Source of the DNA: Rhina ancylostomus | Taxonomy: Eukaryota | Direction of reading: 5' to 3' | Assembly: GCA_030265395.1 (NCBI GenBank) | Contig: JARFYF010000063.1 | Coordinates: 55,190,882-55,254,881 of the forward strand | DNA: 64,000 nucleotides | In this document: piece by piece, positions 21,606-35,724 of the stretch | Numbering within the stretch: the first letter of the stretch is position 1 | How the letters are laid out: every line of letters starts with the position of its first letter | Position numbers and translations under genes: made by a program | The notes under the pieces: model-generated | The model's database searches: none | Seen by the model: the letters and a program-made list of their open reading frames with translations, nothing else | What the model was told of the DNA's origin: nothing

Positions 21606-22572
21606 CTAGAAATTACAAGAGGAGAGAAACATTAATTTAACTTGTGGAAAAGCTGAAGGCACTCCAGGACTACAGATGTGGAAGGGCTAAAATGAATACA
21701 ACCTGCATTAACTGGCTTCCAAAATTGGAGGCCAAAATTCAATAACAGAACAATTTAATACATAGCGTACCCTCCCTATTAGAGGGAGTTTGGGTGCCTC
21801 AAAAACCATCCGTATTGCGATTTTCTGTAACGCAAACCCTTTTATTCTCCCTCACTGAAACCCATGCTACAACAGGAGATACGTCCCCATGGCAAGTTCT
21901 CCTCCCAGTTGTAACAGACGTGTGATCTACAGGCAAGGGAATTTGGTTTGATAAAGTATCGCTGTACAAGTATCAATAGAAGAGATTGCCTTCAGTCAAA
22001 AGCAAATCCCTTAGTGGCCTCCCTGAACTGTGATCATTGTTCTTAATAAACTAGTTCAGTTCTCTGTATACATTTATTATTCTCCACTCCACCCCACATA
22101 AATTTTGTAAGGGTGAATTTTTATTCTGTATCTCAAATTTTTTGGTAGCAATTTGTGAATTTCCATTATCCAAACTGCCATAACATGGGGTACACTGTAT
22201 GCATTAGAGGCTTTTATTTTGTATGAGATGTGGTCCTTGTGTAACCTCATTCATACCACACTCTCGAAATGGCAGCAAAGAATGAAATGCTACATGTCCA
22301 ATTAACAAATCTGCTTTAACTCCGCAATATACAACATTTTCAGACTGCAATTAAAAAAGACTGTAATCATAAGCAGCTGCTTAGTAATTTTCATACAACC
22401 TCAGTGTTCAATTCACAGTACAGTAAATTACTTAACGAATGCATTCAACTCTAATGCATTTTCGATCTGTCCCATAAGTGGTTTCATTGATTACCTTCAA
22501 ACTACTTTCATTGATGCTGTAACTATAGCAACCAACAGCAAAGGAGAAATCCCAACATGCAGCAATACTTAC

Positions 22573-22659
22573 GTCAACATAATCTGGGAGTGCAGTGTCC
22601 AACATTGTCAGATCAGTCAAGAAGGTACCAAGGTATGGCACAGTCCCTTGCATCACACC
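22573..22659 (-). CDS. RGL1: RGL1 exon: GVMQGTVPYLGTFLTDLTMLDTALPDYVD
   Basis: RasGEF VPYLGxFLTDL motif; acceptor tcttag, donor gtaagt; 87 nt. Confidence 0.97.
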
Positions 22660-23549
22660 CTAAGAAATAGAGGCAAATTAGTTTAACTCCGAACATGCTG
22701 GATGGCGTACTTCTCAAACATCCTGACCACACCCACACATTACTTTCTCTTTTTTATTCAACTCAATCAGTTTGGAATTAAACAGGTCAATATAGTTTAG
22801 ACACAAAGGTAGGGCACAGGCCAGGAACAGCTGGCACTTGGTTCTGTGCCAAGATAACCATAGCTAATCTTTGGGGGAAATTTGTTATTTGAATGTTGGG
22901 AGCTGTTCCACATTACAGGGCCTGTAAAAGATATTAACTATTCCTGCCTATTGTGCATGTCAATACTAGTGGAAAGATGATTAGAAGACATTTTGTAATT
23001 TGATACTAACAAGCATCATAGAAATACCAAGATCAAATACAGCATCCCCTCAACCTCGAATTCCCCCAATGAGCCCATTTGAGGACAGTTTCTATTGCCC
23101 AGATTCCACTGGTGAATGATTATTTTCAGCAGGCCATTGTTAAACATGAACCTAACATCCTAGTGTATCCCATCTCATGGAAGAATCAGTACTCCATGTT
23201 AAAAGGTACATTTGGAAAAAAAATATCAGGGTACTCATGCATTCAGCTGGAAGATTTTAAACTTCCATCACCAAGAGTATCTCAGTAGCACCACAGAAAG
23301 CTGGCAAAATCTTGAAGAACAAAGTTGTTAGAAGCAGGTAGTGAGAACAGCAAGGGTGGTGGGGGGAAGGAATCTTCCACTAGAGACCAGAGGTCAAGTC
23401 CACATGCTGAGGACACCACCCCACCCCCATGATTCTATGCAGAATTACTGCTGTGTTAGATAGTTTTACAGTGCTAATATTCTCAACTCATCCTAAGCGC
23501 TCATGAGGTGCCATGAACCTTCAATAGCCCGGCATAATTGTAATCCATT

Positions 23550-24495
23550 GCCTTCCAAAACCTTAATGCCCAGCATATCCAATATCAGGATCATGATAGG
23601 CGACACACTGTGACTTCGGAATGTAGATGAGCATGCCGAGAGCAAAGTATGTACCTAAAGATGAAGTGACAACCCGATGAAGTGACAAAAAGGACTACGT
23701 GCTTGCAAAATGGCAGACACAGGATACAACAAGAGTAACCAGCTGATTAGATCGAAGCTGTACATTCCTGCAATGTGCTGCTAGTGCTGGACAATTAAAC
23801 GGATTAGAGGAAGAATTCCATAAACATCCCCGTTCTCAAGTACTGTGCAGCCCAGGCCACGAGCATCAAAGATGATGCTGAAGTGTTTGCAAACATCTTC
23901 ATCCAGAAGCAGAGGTCCCAAACATCACACAAGCCAGTCTCCAGCCACTTCAATTCACCTCAAGATGCCAAGAAATGGCCAAGTGGAACAGAGAGTAAAA
24001 GTTTACAGGCCCCGTCAATATTCTGGCTGAGAGACTTATCTGTTGACTCCCTAATCGACTAGGCAAGTCAGGTGCATGATGGTATGCTTTTTATGTATTG
24101 AGAGTAGCTTCACTGACATTTTAGAAGCTCCACACCACGCTGAACACAGAAGTATGCTTGGCTCGTGCCCTATCCTCCACTGAGCAATTACTGCCTCCAT
24201 CACATCTACAACACATACAGTCAACAAAATGCACTGTAGCAACTCTCAGATGCTTCTTTGACAGCACCTTCCAAATACACGACCTCTAATATCTTGAGAG
24301 ACAAGGCTGCAAATGCAACAGAACAATACTCTTTGGAAATACACCGCTATCCCTTCATTATCAAAATCCAAGAACTTCCTAGCAGCACTGTGAATACTTT
24401 CAACACAAGGAACAAATACTGTAGCAATCTGTCACCAATTTGAGGGAATTGCTACCCTTGCAAGTGACGCCCAGGACCCATGAATGAGTGAAAGA
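23550..24495 (+). mobile_element. Highly decayed CR1/L2-type LINE 3' portion
   Basis: aaaatgcactgtagcaactc...acagcaccttccaaa and tail ccttgcaagtgacgccca...ccatgaatga; multiple deletions. Confidence 0.5.
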
Positions 24496-24797
24496 AACTA
24501 TTGTGTTGACCTTACCCACTAAGTCCTTGGGGTCATGTTCCTAGTTTATAGGCATTCAATCATAATTGCAATCAAAATGTTCTAATTTCAATTGATTATG
24601 TATACATAGATTAATACATCCTTTCTAGTGCTAATAGTTTTTAAATTGCAACTAATCTGAACACACAAAAAAAGTCAGCAATACTAGACTTCTAGTTTCA
24701 AGAACTGGTAAATTACCAGGTTTCAAACAGCTGCATTATGCAAATACAAGACCAATTTCCAGGCGAGTTCTTCTTTGAATAGAAAGGAGTGACTCAC

Positions 24798-24887
24798 CAT
24801 ATCCTTCTGCAACTGTAGCCGTTTCTGAGTCCGTTTCTGGTTTTCTTTCACACTACTGTCCAGATTTGCAAATTTTGAAGTGCCTTC
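24798..24887 (-). CDS. RGL1: RGL1 exon: EGTSKFANLDSSVKENQKRTQKRLQLQKDM
   Basis: Within ORF 24723..24953; acceptor tttcag, donor gtgagt; 90 nt. Confidence 0.97.
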
Positions 24888-26517
24888 CTGAAAGTACGGA
24901 AATAAAAAGCGATTAGTATCCTGCCAATAATTTCCCTCAAATGTTCTACACATTTCAACTGAAACAAACCTAATTCTCTGCTATTTAAGGCTTTACAAGT
25001 CTAAAGCCTTAAGCCATGGTGAATTCTTATTTCCATCTGTGATAACCAGTGCTTTAGAGTGAAACTTCAGTGCAGCCATACAGGGGATGGATAATCTCAC
25101 ACTAAACTGATAACAACCCACACCCAAATACACACAATTTACTGTATAACATCAGGAGTTGAACAGGGTTTAATTGTTGGTTGAAACACTAATGGACCTA
25201 CTGTTGACAAGAATAATCATTGCTTCCCAGCTTGTTTTGTGATCTCAATACTTTCCAATTCCATTTGCTGGAAGGTGGAGAATTTTTTTTATATACACTG
25301 TCATACTGGGAACTAGTTCAGACTTCCTGTAAGCTTCCAAACTTGGATTGCTAGTCACATTGCTGNNNNNNNNNNNNNNNNNNNNNNNNNNNNNNNNNNN
25401 NNNNNNNNNNNNNNNNNNNNNNNNNNNNNNNNNNNNNNNNNNNNNNNNNNNNNNNNNNNNNNNNNTGCTGGAGAATAAAAAGGTGAAGCCCTGAAGTGTA
25501 TGGAAAAGATACAATATGAAAGAAGTCACTTCAACAGATAACAAAGACAAAGATAACTGTTGCTGGGTCAAGATTTCCTCAATTCCTGACCTAACAGAAC
25601 CAGCACAGACAGCAGCCACACAAGACAGTCCCTCAACACCAACTCCAACCAGAAACTGGCAATAAATGCAGGCCTTGCAATAGCCCACAGAAGGGTAACT
25701 AAAAAACTAAAAGGTAATAAGGCATCAATACAACTTCTACATATTACAGGGAGGTTACAAAAGTGAATTATATAATGGGACAATTACATTCTCTATAGAG
25801 AGCACAGGTAAAGCATCATCCATGGTGGATATTTATAACCACAAAAAAATAGCTGCTTTGGACTCTCTCCTATAAAAATTAGTTTGATATTCAGTACCAA
25901 ACTTGAAAATGAAGATATCTGTGCACCCACTTTAGATTTCAATCAGAAAATGCCAATGGATGACAAAAGGTGGATGGGATACAAGAGACTGACATGGCAA
26001 AGGATCAGAGAAATTTTGAGGCAAATATCCTGAGAACTATGAGAGAGAGTCAGTTAGGCTTAGAGACCTTTGTGCAGAAAGAGTGATGACATTACAGGAA
26101 ACAGTTCTGCTTTGATTCCTTTTCAAACACACACAAAAACCCCTGGCTCTATTCAAGACAGAAATAGCAAACAAGGACCCCATACTTTGACTCTTTCTTA
26201 CCCAGTGAACAATGCAAAGTGGTACAGTAACTCAGCAATAAGTTTGTAAGTAACTAACATCAGGATTGATTAGTAACTAAGTGGAAGAATGAAGTAGAAA
26301 AGGATCAGAATGAGTCAGTGATAAAAGTGAAGGGCTAACTGAAAATTTGCAAGACCATACAAAGAGGGAAAGTATGGATGATAAGTTGGACAAGATTGTA
26401 GAGGGATATTAGAAGTTTATGCAATGTTCAATAGATTAGGAAAAAGGAAGCCCACATCAATGAGAGAATGGTTACTGAGCTGGACTGCTGACAGTGAGCC
26501 ACTCAATTTTATGGAAA

Positions 26518-26618
26518 TGCAAAATACTGCAGACTCTGGAAATTTGGAAAAACAGTAAATACTTGTCTGGAGAGAGAAACAGAGTCAACATTTTAGGGTG
26601 ATGACCTTTCACCAACCT
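26518..26618 (-). mobile_element. Penelope-terminus/MITE arm with hammerhead remnant
   Basis: Minus strand reads ggtgaaaggtcatcaccctaaaatgttgactctgtttctctctcca. Confidence 0.6.
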
Positions 26619-28566
26619 GACCTGCGAGTTGTTCCATTTTGTTTTAAAATTTAGAGAGGACAACAGGAGAGAAAAATTCAGTCAGGATATCAAAAACAAT
26701 GCCAAGCTATAGAAATGGGAGAAACAAATGGAGGCACAAAAACAAGTGGAACAGACACAATAGTTCAGATGCAGCCTTCTACGAAACAAGGTGCCATGGT
26801 TTCCCCCATGGATTAGTTCAATCCAAGCAATGGAGGGAATTGGTATGAGGTGTCATAAATAAATGGCTGCTCATCCTCTTATATTGGTGATAGGAAAGAT
26901 GCCCAGCGGGCAACTAAACGACAGCAATTGTCCAAAAATGTTCTACTGTAGAACTTGATTGACTGAACCTGAAAATTTTTTAAATGTGGAACTGATGCTT
27001 CAGGAACTGAACCATTGTGCTGACTGTTCTATCATTCAGTTTTAAGCATGCACAAATATTCCAGCGGAGAAGTCAANNNNNNNNNNNNNNNNNNNNNNNN
27101 NNNNNNNNNNNNNNNNNNNNNNNNNNNNNNNNNNNNNNNNNNNNNNNNNNNNNNNNNNNNNNNNNNNNNNNNNNNNATCTTGGTTCAGCTCAGTGTGTTT
27201 TGCTGCCCATCAGTTTAATCAATCAAGCAAAACTTAAGAATCGACAAAAAGTACATCAGATACAACTAGGAAAAGGTTCATCTGAGAAAGTCGTACCACA
27301 TTCCCTAGAATAGCCTTGAGTACAAAGTAGCAGTCCTTTCCGCAAACACCAGAAGCACTCCCTCCCCATTATTAACCCACTACCCTTTCCATACCAATCC
27401 CGAATGAAAACTATTCCAATCTGAAGGTGAACAGCTTGTTTAAAAATTAGAGTGCCAGGCAAGCAGGTGGTGGTAGCAAGATTTTTCTTCAGTGAGGGGG
27501 CAGTCATGAGAACAGCTTAGTCAATAATCAGGAGAACTAGGAAGGATGGGGTGAAGTTTGTGGAAAGACATGGAAAAGGATCCAGTCACAATTCCTAGAA
27601 GCTTAATGTGAATCATGCTACTTTTCTTTAAAAACAAACTAGCTCAGCTGAACTGAATTGCTGCTATAATGCTTGTGCTAACAAGATGAAAAGTATTTTT
27701 GGATAGATTATTGCACATNNNNNNNNNNNNNNNNNNNNNNNNNNNNNNNNNNNNNNNNNNNNNNNNNNNNNNNNNNNNNNNNNNNNNNNNNCCCCAAAAG
27801 AACAAGCATTGACGTGCCAAATCCAAAATGGGGCAACTGTCTATTCGGTGACATTTCCTCACAAAACTCTCAACTTTGATAAACTTTCAAAATATGCTGG
27901 TGACATTGAAAGACCAATGTGTTATTCATACATGTGAGTGATTATAAATCATCTTAACCCTTTGAACATATTCAGCATTTTAAGAGCAGGCAGCTCTCTG
28001 AAGAGTCAGGGAAACCTGTTGAATAAGATGACAGCCAATTTAATTTATGATTTTATGAAATTTGGTAGTTACAGTTCAAAAGATTCCACAAACAAAGCAT
28101 GTGGATTATAAATGTGGCCAGGTTCCCATGCAGCCAGTAATCCTCATCACGGAGGATAAGAGAGCAAAAGAATTGGATAGTAATTGAACTAAGGAACACA
28201 CAGGAACTGACATACAAGTGTTCACCTAGCTTTTAATTACAGGGACCTCAGAGCATGAAGCAAAAAGACTTCCACTTAGGAATTCCATCCTTTTAATGAA
28301 TTACAAAAGAGAAATTTCCATGACTTGAGTTTACATCATGAGTAGCACAACTTTAAAGTCAGTTTATTACAAATTATAATATTCACTTCCATTATATGTA
28401 CTGAGACTTGGAACTTTTGAAGAACTGAGCCTAGCCAAACCCCCTGCACCTCTACTGCTTGATTGGTGTACAATATTCATCAGCTGTCAGCCACCGGTTT
28501 AACTTGTTAGGAGTACCTTTTAATACGCCACCTCTATGGATGCACTCATCCGCAGCAATACCTTAC

Positions 28567-28651
28567 CCTCATTAGCAGCTCTCTACTTGTCAGATGGTTA
28601 TTCTGATCAGAGAATATTTCTGAAAGCTCTTCAAACATCAGCATGCTGTCT
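28567..28651 (-). CDS. RGL1: RGL1 exon: DSMLMFEELSEIFSDQNNHLTSRELLMR
   Basis: Manual translation; acceptor atttag, donor gtaagg; 85 nt, phase 2/0. Confidence 0.96.
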
Positions 28652-29248
28652 CTAAATCAAAAGAATGAGACAAGTTTGTTATAAGAGGCAAACTAATCAC
28701 CTGCCATCAAGGCATCTGATGAAGTAAATAATGGACAGCTTTGTGGAATTTTAGGTCTTTGCAGAAGCAGAGAGGAGATCTTTACTAAAGATTATGGTAG
28801 CCAGACAAATGCTTAAGCAACCTAAAGAAAATAATCAGAACAGGATCAAGTCATCTCTGGCATGGAGTTCCAATTTCAGGCAATTGCTTTAGAAAAATTT
28901 AACACATTTCATTGAGTGATAAAGGATTGCAAATTCTCTTCATTGTTGGTGACCACTCTTACTTCACTGGATGAATATATTCCCAAAGGGAGAACTTTAT
29001 GGCAAGTCACATCCAGGAACAGATCAGTTTTAGGATAATATTTGTTCCCCCCCTCCCCTAGAGGCATTGCTCAGCAAATCCTTATTCTCCAGCTAAGCCA
29101 GATCCTGTGGAGGAAGGGGTGAAGTGATCCGAAAGTCCTGCCAAACTTTTATTATCTGCCCATCCTGAAATGAAGCTCAGGAAAGAATCTGCAATCCAAT
29201 CATCACATACTTAAAAAATGTACAGGCCCATCTTGGAAATAGACTTAC

Positions 29249-29352
29249 TTTGAAACAGTAGCCCAAGCCCTCTTCAGTCTGTAGATGGGGTTTGACTGCA
29301 TGGCTGAAAGAATGGCACGCAGCGAGGAGAAATTCTTCATGATCCTGCATTC
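29249..29352 (-). CDS. RGL1: RGL1 exon: [35 protein letters not shown]
   Basis: Manual translation; RasGEF KNFSSL...RLKxxW signature; acceptor cattag, donor gtaagt; 104 nt. Confidence 0.97.
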
Positions 29353-31166
29353 CTAATGATAAAACAAGAGACTTTTGTCTAACTATCAGTGATTGCTGAT
29401 TTCCTGACACCTTAGTTTTGAACTTAGCTACCAAGAGTCAGCTGTGAAAATACCACAGCATTAAAGGTTTTGTGGAAAACATTTCTACTTGGCAACTAAG
29501 CTTGTTATTCACTTTTTCTCGACAATCACCGCTTCCCTTCATTGCCTACCAACTTCTGAAACTGGTTAACAGCTAGGGTCAAGGAGACCAAAGGAAACTT
29601 AATGTGTTTTTTTTTATGGTCGTGGAGAGAGGAAAGGCAGAAAAAGGAAGCCTTTCTGCTGATAAATGGATTAAAGGAGTTAGCAATGTCATACATAAAG
29701 ACCTCATGTTGGGGGCCCATGGCTCACAATAATAATCAAACATAGCAAAAATAATAGTGATGCACTTTTATTAGTTACATGAGGACTAATATACAACAGC
29801 AGATACAAAGCTAGCCTAGCTCGGACGGTGGTGAGAATGTCTGTGTCCTTGGTTCTAGAGGCCCAAGGGAGGCAGGATTCCCATTCTGAGACTCTGCATC
29901 AGGCTCCACTGACTCCTCAAATTATGTATTTCCGATAATGAAGCGAGGACAGAGCTGACATCATCCTCTTCCACCATGTCCCCTTTCCCCAAATGATCGA
30001 TTCATTACTAGAAACTCAGCCACAACTACTTTGGCCAGATGTTAGAAGTTAGTCTCATGGGCATATTCTAAAGCAACAAGAATTAGCAAAAATAAAAAAT
30101 AAAGCTAATGACTTTGCACTAGGGAGGGAGAAAAATTACTTTCAAATCAAATAGCCAAGTTAATTTTCCAAGTGTAATTAAAAATTAAGAACAATTTACT
30201 TTTATGCCCTACATAAATAGTATTACCATGTTTAATGTTAATATGCAAATACAGGCACTTATAGAAGCATGAAAATGTTAAGTATGTAACCCCAACCCCT
30301 TCTGAAGTCTTGCAGCTTTACTTCAAGAAAAAAGTGAATAAAGGCTCAGCTCAGCTATATGGGGCAAAGGTCATGACCTAGAGTGCAGTCAATGAGGCTA
30401 TCCATTTTTATAATTGTAAGATGATCATGGAAGCACTTCAGTAAAAACCAGACACATGGACGCCACAAATCTTGTACAATTCAGTGAAGCATGAGAACAA
30501 AGCAACCACAGCATCTTTAATGTACAAGACACAGCAAAGCAAGTACTCCAAAAGGCATCGGGAATTAAGGGCTGTTGTTTATTCATTTTACTCTCAAGTC
30601 TAATGGATATAATTTCTAGCACATGCCATGCTTACAGCCAAGGATGCAGAAGTTATGCTGAATCAATTTTCTAAACTCTCAGTACGAGGAAATGATGAAT
30701 AACCAGCACTCACTATGCTTCAGAAACATTCCTTGGACACCCACCTCACCCTCAGGTCTTTTCCTTCTATAATATTAGGCTTTCNNNNNNNNNNNNNNNN
30801 NNNNNNNNNNNNNNNNNNNNNNNNNNNNNNNNNNNNNNNNNNNNNNNNNNNNNNNNNNNNNNNNNNNNNNNNNNNNNNNNNNNNTTGGTTCAATGCAGCT
30901 GGCTGCTGACAGTGATATTCAGTCAGGAGGGCAGTCCTGAGGATCCTCATTATTGACACATCAGATTCCATGAAATCTTGAAATGAAGCCATTCACCAGC
31001 AGGGAATCCTGCTGAATACAGTTTCCAATAAGCTGCCAAACCCAACAATACAAAATTACGCAGTCTTGATCTGCTCGGTTTTAAAAGGTTCTCTTCTACC
31101 CAGATAGATACTTGCACTATGGGCTTTGACCTTCCACACAGAGAAAATAGACAAGCCATGTATTAC

Positions 31167-31382
31167 CTGGGCAACATCAATCCACTTCTCTATGATTTTG
31201 GCCCTCTGTTGTGGCTTCAGCTGCAGGTCCTTCAATATGGTGCTGATGACGCATTTTGTGAGGACATTGAACTGGGTGATGGTGGCCCGAATAGTGGGTG
31301 CCAGGTGCTTATTTCCCTTTTTATCCCTTCTGGACCATATGCAACCCAGGCAGTGATGTGGAATAACTTTCTTGAACAATTC
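31167..31382 (-). CDS. RGL1: RGL1 exon, CDC25 domain: ELFKKVIPHHCLGCIWSRRDKK...RAKIIEKWIDVAQ
   Basis: Overlaps ORF 31056..31379; acceptor tttcag, donor gtaata; 216 nt. Confidence 0.97.
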
Positions 31383-32812
31383 CTGAAATCAAAACACAAA
31401 ATTAAACAATAAGACTTACAACAGACCAATTTAACAGTGAAATATATTTTTTAAAAATATCACTACACTTAAAGGGTTGGTTAGCCTTCTGTTAGCATAA
31501 TAAGGCTAAGCAGTGACCGACTGCCTACTGGTCAGCAAGGACACAGTGGGCTGAATGGCCCAATTCCATGTGGTACAACTCCAAACAGGATTCATTTCAA
31601 AGTAGGTGGTTTGGGAGGAAGGGAGCTAACCGTGCTCAGTGTGGATTGGAGGTCCTGGATACAAGATAATATATGAACAACAGATTCTTGGGGAAACTCT
31701 GGACATCAGGATAATGAAATCCAGGTAACCGAAAAANNNNNNNNNNNNNNNNNNNNNNNNNNNNNNNNNNNNNNNNNNNNNNNNNNNNNNNNNNNNNNNN
31801 NNNNNNNNNNNNNNNNNNNNNNNNNNNNNNNNNNNNAAATCCAGGTAACCGAAAAAAAAAAGACATGGTTGAGATTTTAGTGGACTGAAGTACAAATGAC
31901 ATTTGATAGAGTTACACTGAGGAAAATAATTGGTCCTTTTTAAAAGGACTGAAGAATGTTGAGCACACAGACAATATATCTAACGGAAGCCCAAGGCTAT
32001 GCCTTTCAGCTTATGCAGGCAGAAATTGTGCATCATTCACTGTTGGTCCAAAGAAAATAGAGATGGCAATAACAAGTGCAAGGTAGAGTTGGAAATGCAT
32101 GTGATTAAAATGTACATCTAATAGAATCAAAGACTGTGTCAAAAAAGTCTTTATATTTTGACGAAGAAACTACAGTTGGAAATTTTTAGTTTAAACTACC
32201 AGTTAGAAAATGGACAAGATTGGATACAAAGTTGGTTTCGTACACTGTCCAAATGAGGTCCACTGAAAAGTCTGGCAAGTGAAATCTTATCACAGCAATA
32301 TACCACTTAAGTGAGAGGAAGTGTTTTGACCTGTTCCATATTAACGTAACATTTGCCCAAGCTTCTCACCACCCCCACCAAGCGGGATCCAAATTTTATT
32401 TTTTGGAAAAATTTGGGATAAAAATTACACTCCAGCTCTGAAGATTGCAGCCTTTACTCTGGATTGATCGGGATTCATTGTGTCAATGCCCACGATCTGG
32501 CATGACAGTATGGGCTTTTTAAGCTCTCTCAGGCTAATTGTTTCACATGACATCCAGTTCAGAAAAACAGAAATGATTGCTGAAGCTTTTGCCAGCACAG
32601 ACATTCTAATCTTGATATTGAAGTCACATGTCAAACAACATGTTTTGAAGTTTTAAAATGCTGCTCTATGAAATGAACTTTGAGTTGTATTGACTGACAA
32701 AGCACTAACAGCATTAACAATGCGAGGAAAGATTGGGATGCTTACTTAATGGCATTAAGAGTAACCAGGCAATCATACCCAATATAATGGCCCCAAATTC
32801 TTGTTTACTTAC

Positions 32813-32946
32813 AGCATCCATGTACGTCAACTGCTCTGCCACTTTATCTGATGGGAAGGAGAGGAAATCCTGTTTTTCTTCGATTCCATCTATCTCTACA
32901 TCCCCTTCCTCTCCCAGGCTGAAAGTGATGTTTCCATGGTAACCAT
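32813..32946 (-). CDS. RGL1: RGL1 exon: NGYHGNITFSLGEEGDVEIDGIEEKQDFLSFPSDKVAEQLTYMDA
   Basis: Within ORF 32714..32980; VAEQLTYMDA opens the CDC25 domain; acceptor gtacag, donor gtaagt; 134 nt. Confidence 0.96.
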
Positions 32947-35296
32947 CTGTACAATTGACAAGACACTTGTTTGCGACCAAGGTTCACAACATTTAACTAA
33001 GATCTAAAAAAGAACAAGGTCAAACTTGCACAACTTCAATTTGTACTTATTTCAAAATAATGATTTGAAGTAGTAATCAATTTTCTTACATCTATGAACA
33101 AGGTTTGATAAAATACTATTGCATTACAATCATAGCCACTTAAATGGGAGCACTGAACTTGTCAAGAGAAGTGTTTTTCTTGCATGTTCCCATTAAACAG
33201 AAGTGAACAAGGAGCTAATCTGTGTCTGAGAATCTTCCCACCGACTGAATGGTTCTGGTTTTAACCCAAGCCAGCATTACTTTTAAGTCATAATGTAACT
33301 GTAACTTCAACAATAACAGCCTGGAGAATGGCATAATAAACATCACTTTGCAAAATTCAACCAAGCAGCTCAAGGATGCACCATGCAGGAATAATGTACC
33401 AAAAAAAACCTCACCCCCTTTAATTGGGGTGGAGTTGAGAGGAAAGCTGGTGATAAGTGTCAAGGAGGAAGAAGGGCAAACATTTGCTGGATTGCATTAA
33501 GATATTTAACAGAATTATTCTAGAGCCCTCTCCGATTCTTGAACCATTTCTTGATAGGAAAGGTTGAGTGGAAAATAAGTTTCCTACAAAATGTTGCCTC
33601 TTCCAATTATTGACAGCTCAGTGCTCACTTTGTTTCATCTTACATTTCCAACAAGATAAACAGCAAATATTCCCCCCTCCCCATATAAAATCCAAAAGGA
33701 AATCCACTGAAGAGCCAAACCCTAGACAACTGCAAAACCTCTATTGCAGAGTTGCTTCACCAATCCATTCAAAATGGAATGGTCTTGCACATAATGACCA
33801 AATTTATAGATGCATCGCTATATTATTCTAATTTAAATTTCTTCTTTGCTAAATAGGCAAAGAATTCTAGAATTACCTGAGATGTGTTCAATTAAATGTT
33901 ATTGTACTTGCCCAAAATGGTGTCTGCTGCTACCACAAGGGCGGTGATTGGGGGTGAGGTGGAGGAACCAGACATCAACTTCTATTGGACAACACTAAGT
34001 CATCACCAGTGAACTGTGGCAAAATGTCATTATACTAGTTTGACTAATTTGCCATTAAACCCATTTGCCCTTTGGAGTACACTAAACATTATGGCACCAA
34101 TTTTGCAGATAGCAGTGAAACAGCAGCCTGCCACTAAGGGAAAGATGGCACAGATCTAGTGATCCCCATGGTATGGGTTTCCCACCCAGTGACAGGTCAC
34201 ATAACAGCATCAGCTCAAGAGCAATTTCTTGTCCAGCAGCTGTACATTATCAAGCCAGCTGAGCATCCATTGAAGAATTCCCAGAAGCAAAGCAGGATGT
34301 AAAAAGCATTTTAAAAGCAAAAAGAAATGCTAATACAATGCAGGGCACCAAATATGAAGCTGATAGAAGAATGGGACAGAACCTGAAATACCAAAATCAA
34401 AAAAGGTTTTAAGGTAAAATCACATTATCTGAGCGAACTGCAACCCATAANNNNNNNNNNNNNNNNNNAGTTATTATGGCTTATAAACTAACTACTGTAA
34501 ACAAGTTGTGTTGAAGAAGTTGTGCCTTGTTGCATGGGGTGAGAGTTTTCAATGAAAATAGTTTTCAATTATCTTAAGCTTCTGTGTGTTCATTAATTTC
34601 TAGTGATTAAGTTGGCAAAGTATGGAGGAGCAAGGAATCGCTGACAATGACTTGTGCTCTAGTTTGTGTTTCAGCAGTTGCTGCCAGTTCAGTGATGTGA
34701 AAGGTTGCTAGTCTTGCCATCACCACAAGTGCAAAGTCTAGGCTTGTGTTTTCAGATTACCTTTGAACTACAGAGTTTGCAACAGAGCTGGCAGCAATTC
34801 AAACTATTTTCAAAGTGAAGCAACTTTAAAATCAGGGAAATCATAAATGGAGTCAGCCAAATTTTGCCAGAGATTCCTGTATTGGTCTGATCTCTCAGAG
34901 CAGTCTGTATCCATCTATTGCAAATTTTCCTTTGCCCAAGAAAGTCATATTCTGTTCAAATGATCAAACAATTCCCTTTTTAATAGCACCAATGAAACAC
35001 AGAATGCTCAAATAATCACGGGAATAAAAAAATTTCCTTACTTTCCCCCCCTTTACACAACATTTAAAATGAGAAGAATAATGTAACTTGAATAAATTTG
35101 CAATACAACTATCAAAATTAATGTACATTTACTGAGGGAATGGTTCCGAGCCCAATCTTGTTCCAAATCTCTAATGCAGATTTGCAATGACATGCTTCGG
35201 TGTTGCTTTTGCAGCCTTTGTCAAAATGGGAGCATTTCTCCCACAGCCTCACATTCCTTTCCTAACTCATTATTTGTAGCAAAAGATCCATCTTAC

Positions 35297-35490
35297 TGTC
35301 CAGCTCCTGTTCTGTCAGCTCTTGGTTCTGAAACTGCTCAAGGAGGTTCTGAGCCCTTCGCTCAGGATCGGAACCTGGCATCGTCTGCCTCAGGTAGCAG
35401 AGCAACTTGTGGAGGCACGTGTAATTTGGAACTTCCCGGAAGTCTTCAGAGCACTGGTCCAGCCAGGCTCGCAGAATTGAGGCTATAGCG
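35297..35490 (-). CDS. RGL1: RGL1 exon, end of REM domain: AIASILRAWLDQCSEDFREVPNYTCLHKLLCYLRQTMPGSDPERRAQNLLEQFQNQELTEQELD
   Basis: Manual translation; acceptor cttccag, donor gtaaga; 194 nt, phase 2/1. Confidence 0.96.
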
Positions 35491-35724
35491 CTGGAAGTAA
35501 ACGTGAGAAAAAGTTAACAATTATGCAAAAAAGGTAAATAAATGCTTAGAATTAGTATTTGGTACCATTGTGATTACTAGACCAGTAGACAGAGTTCTAC
35601 TATTCAGAGAAAAAAAAGTTCAAAATCACTACATTGCAGGTGGGAGGTTTAGTTAAACTAAATACAACTTTAATTTTAAGAAGTTATTCTTAGTAACGTT
35701 AAGCACAAAATTTTCAGATCATCA

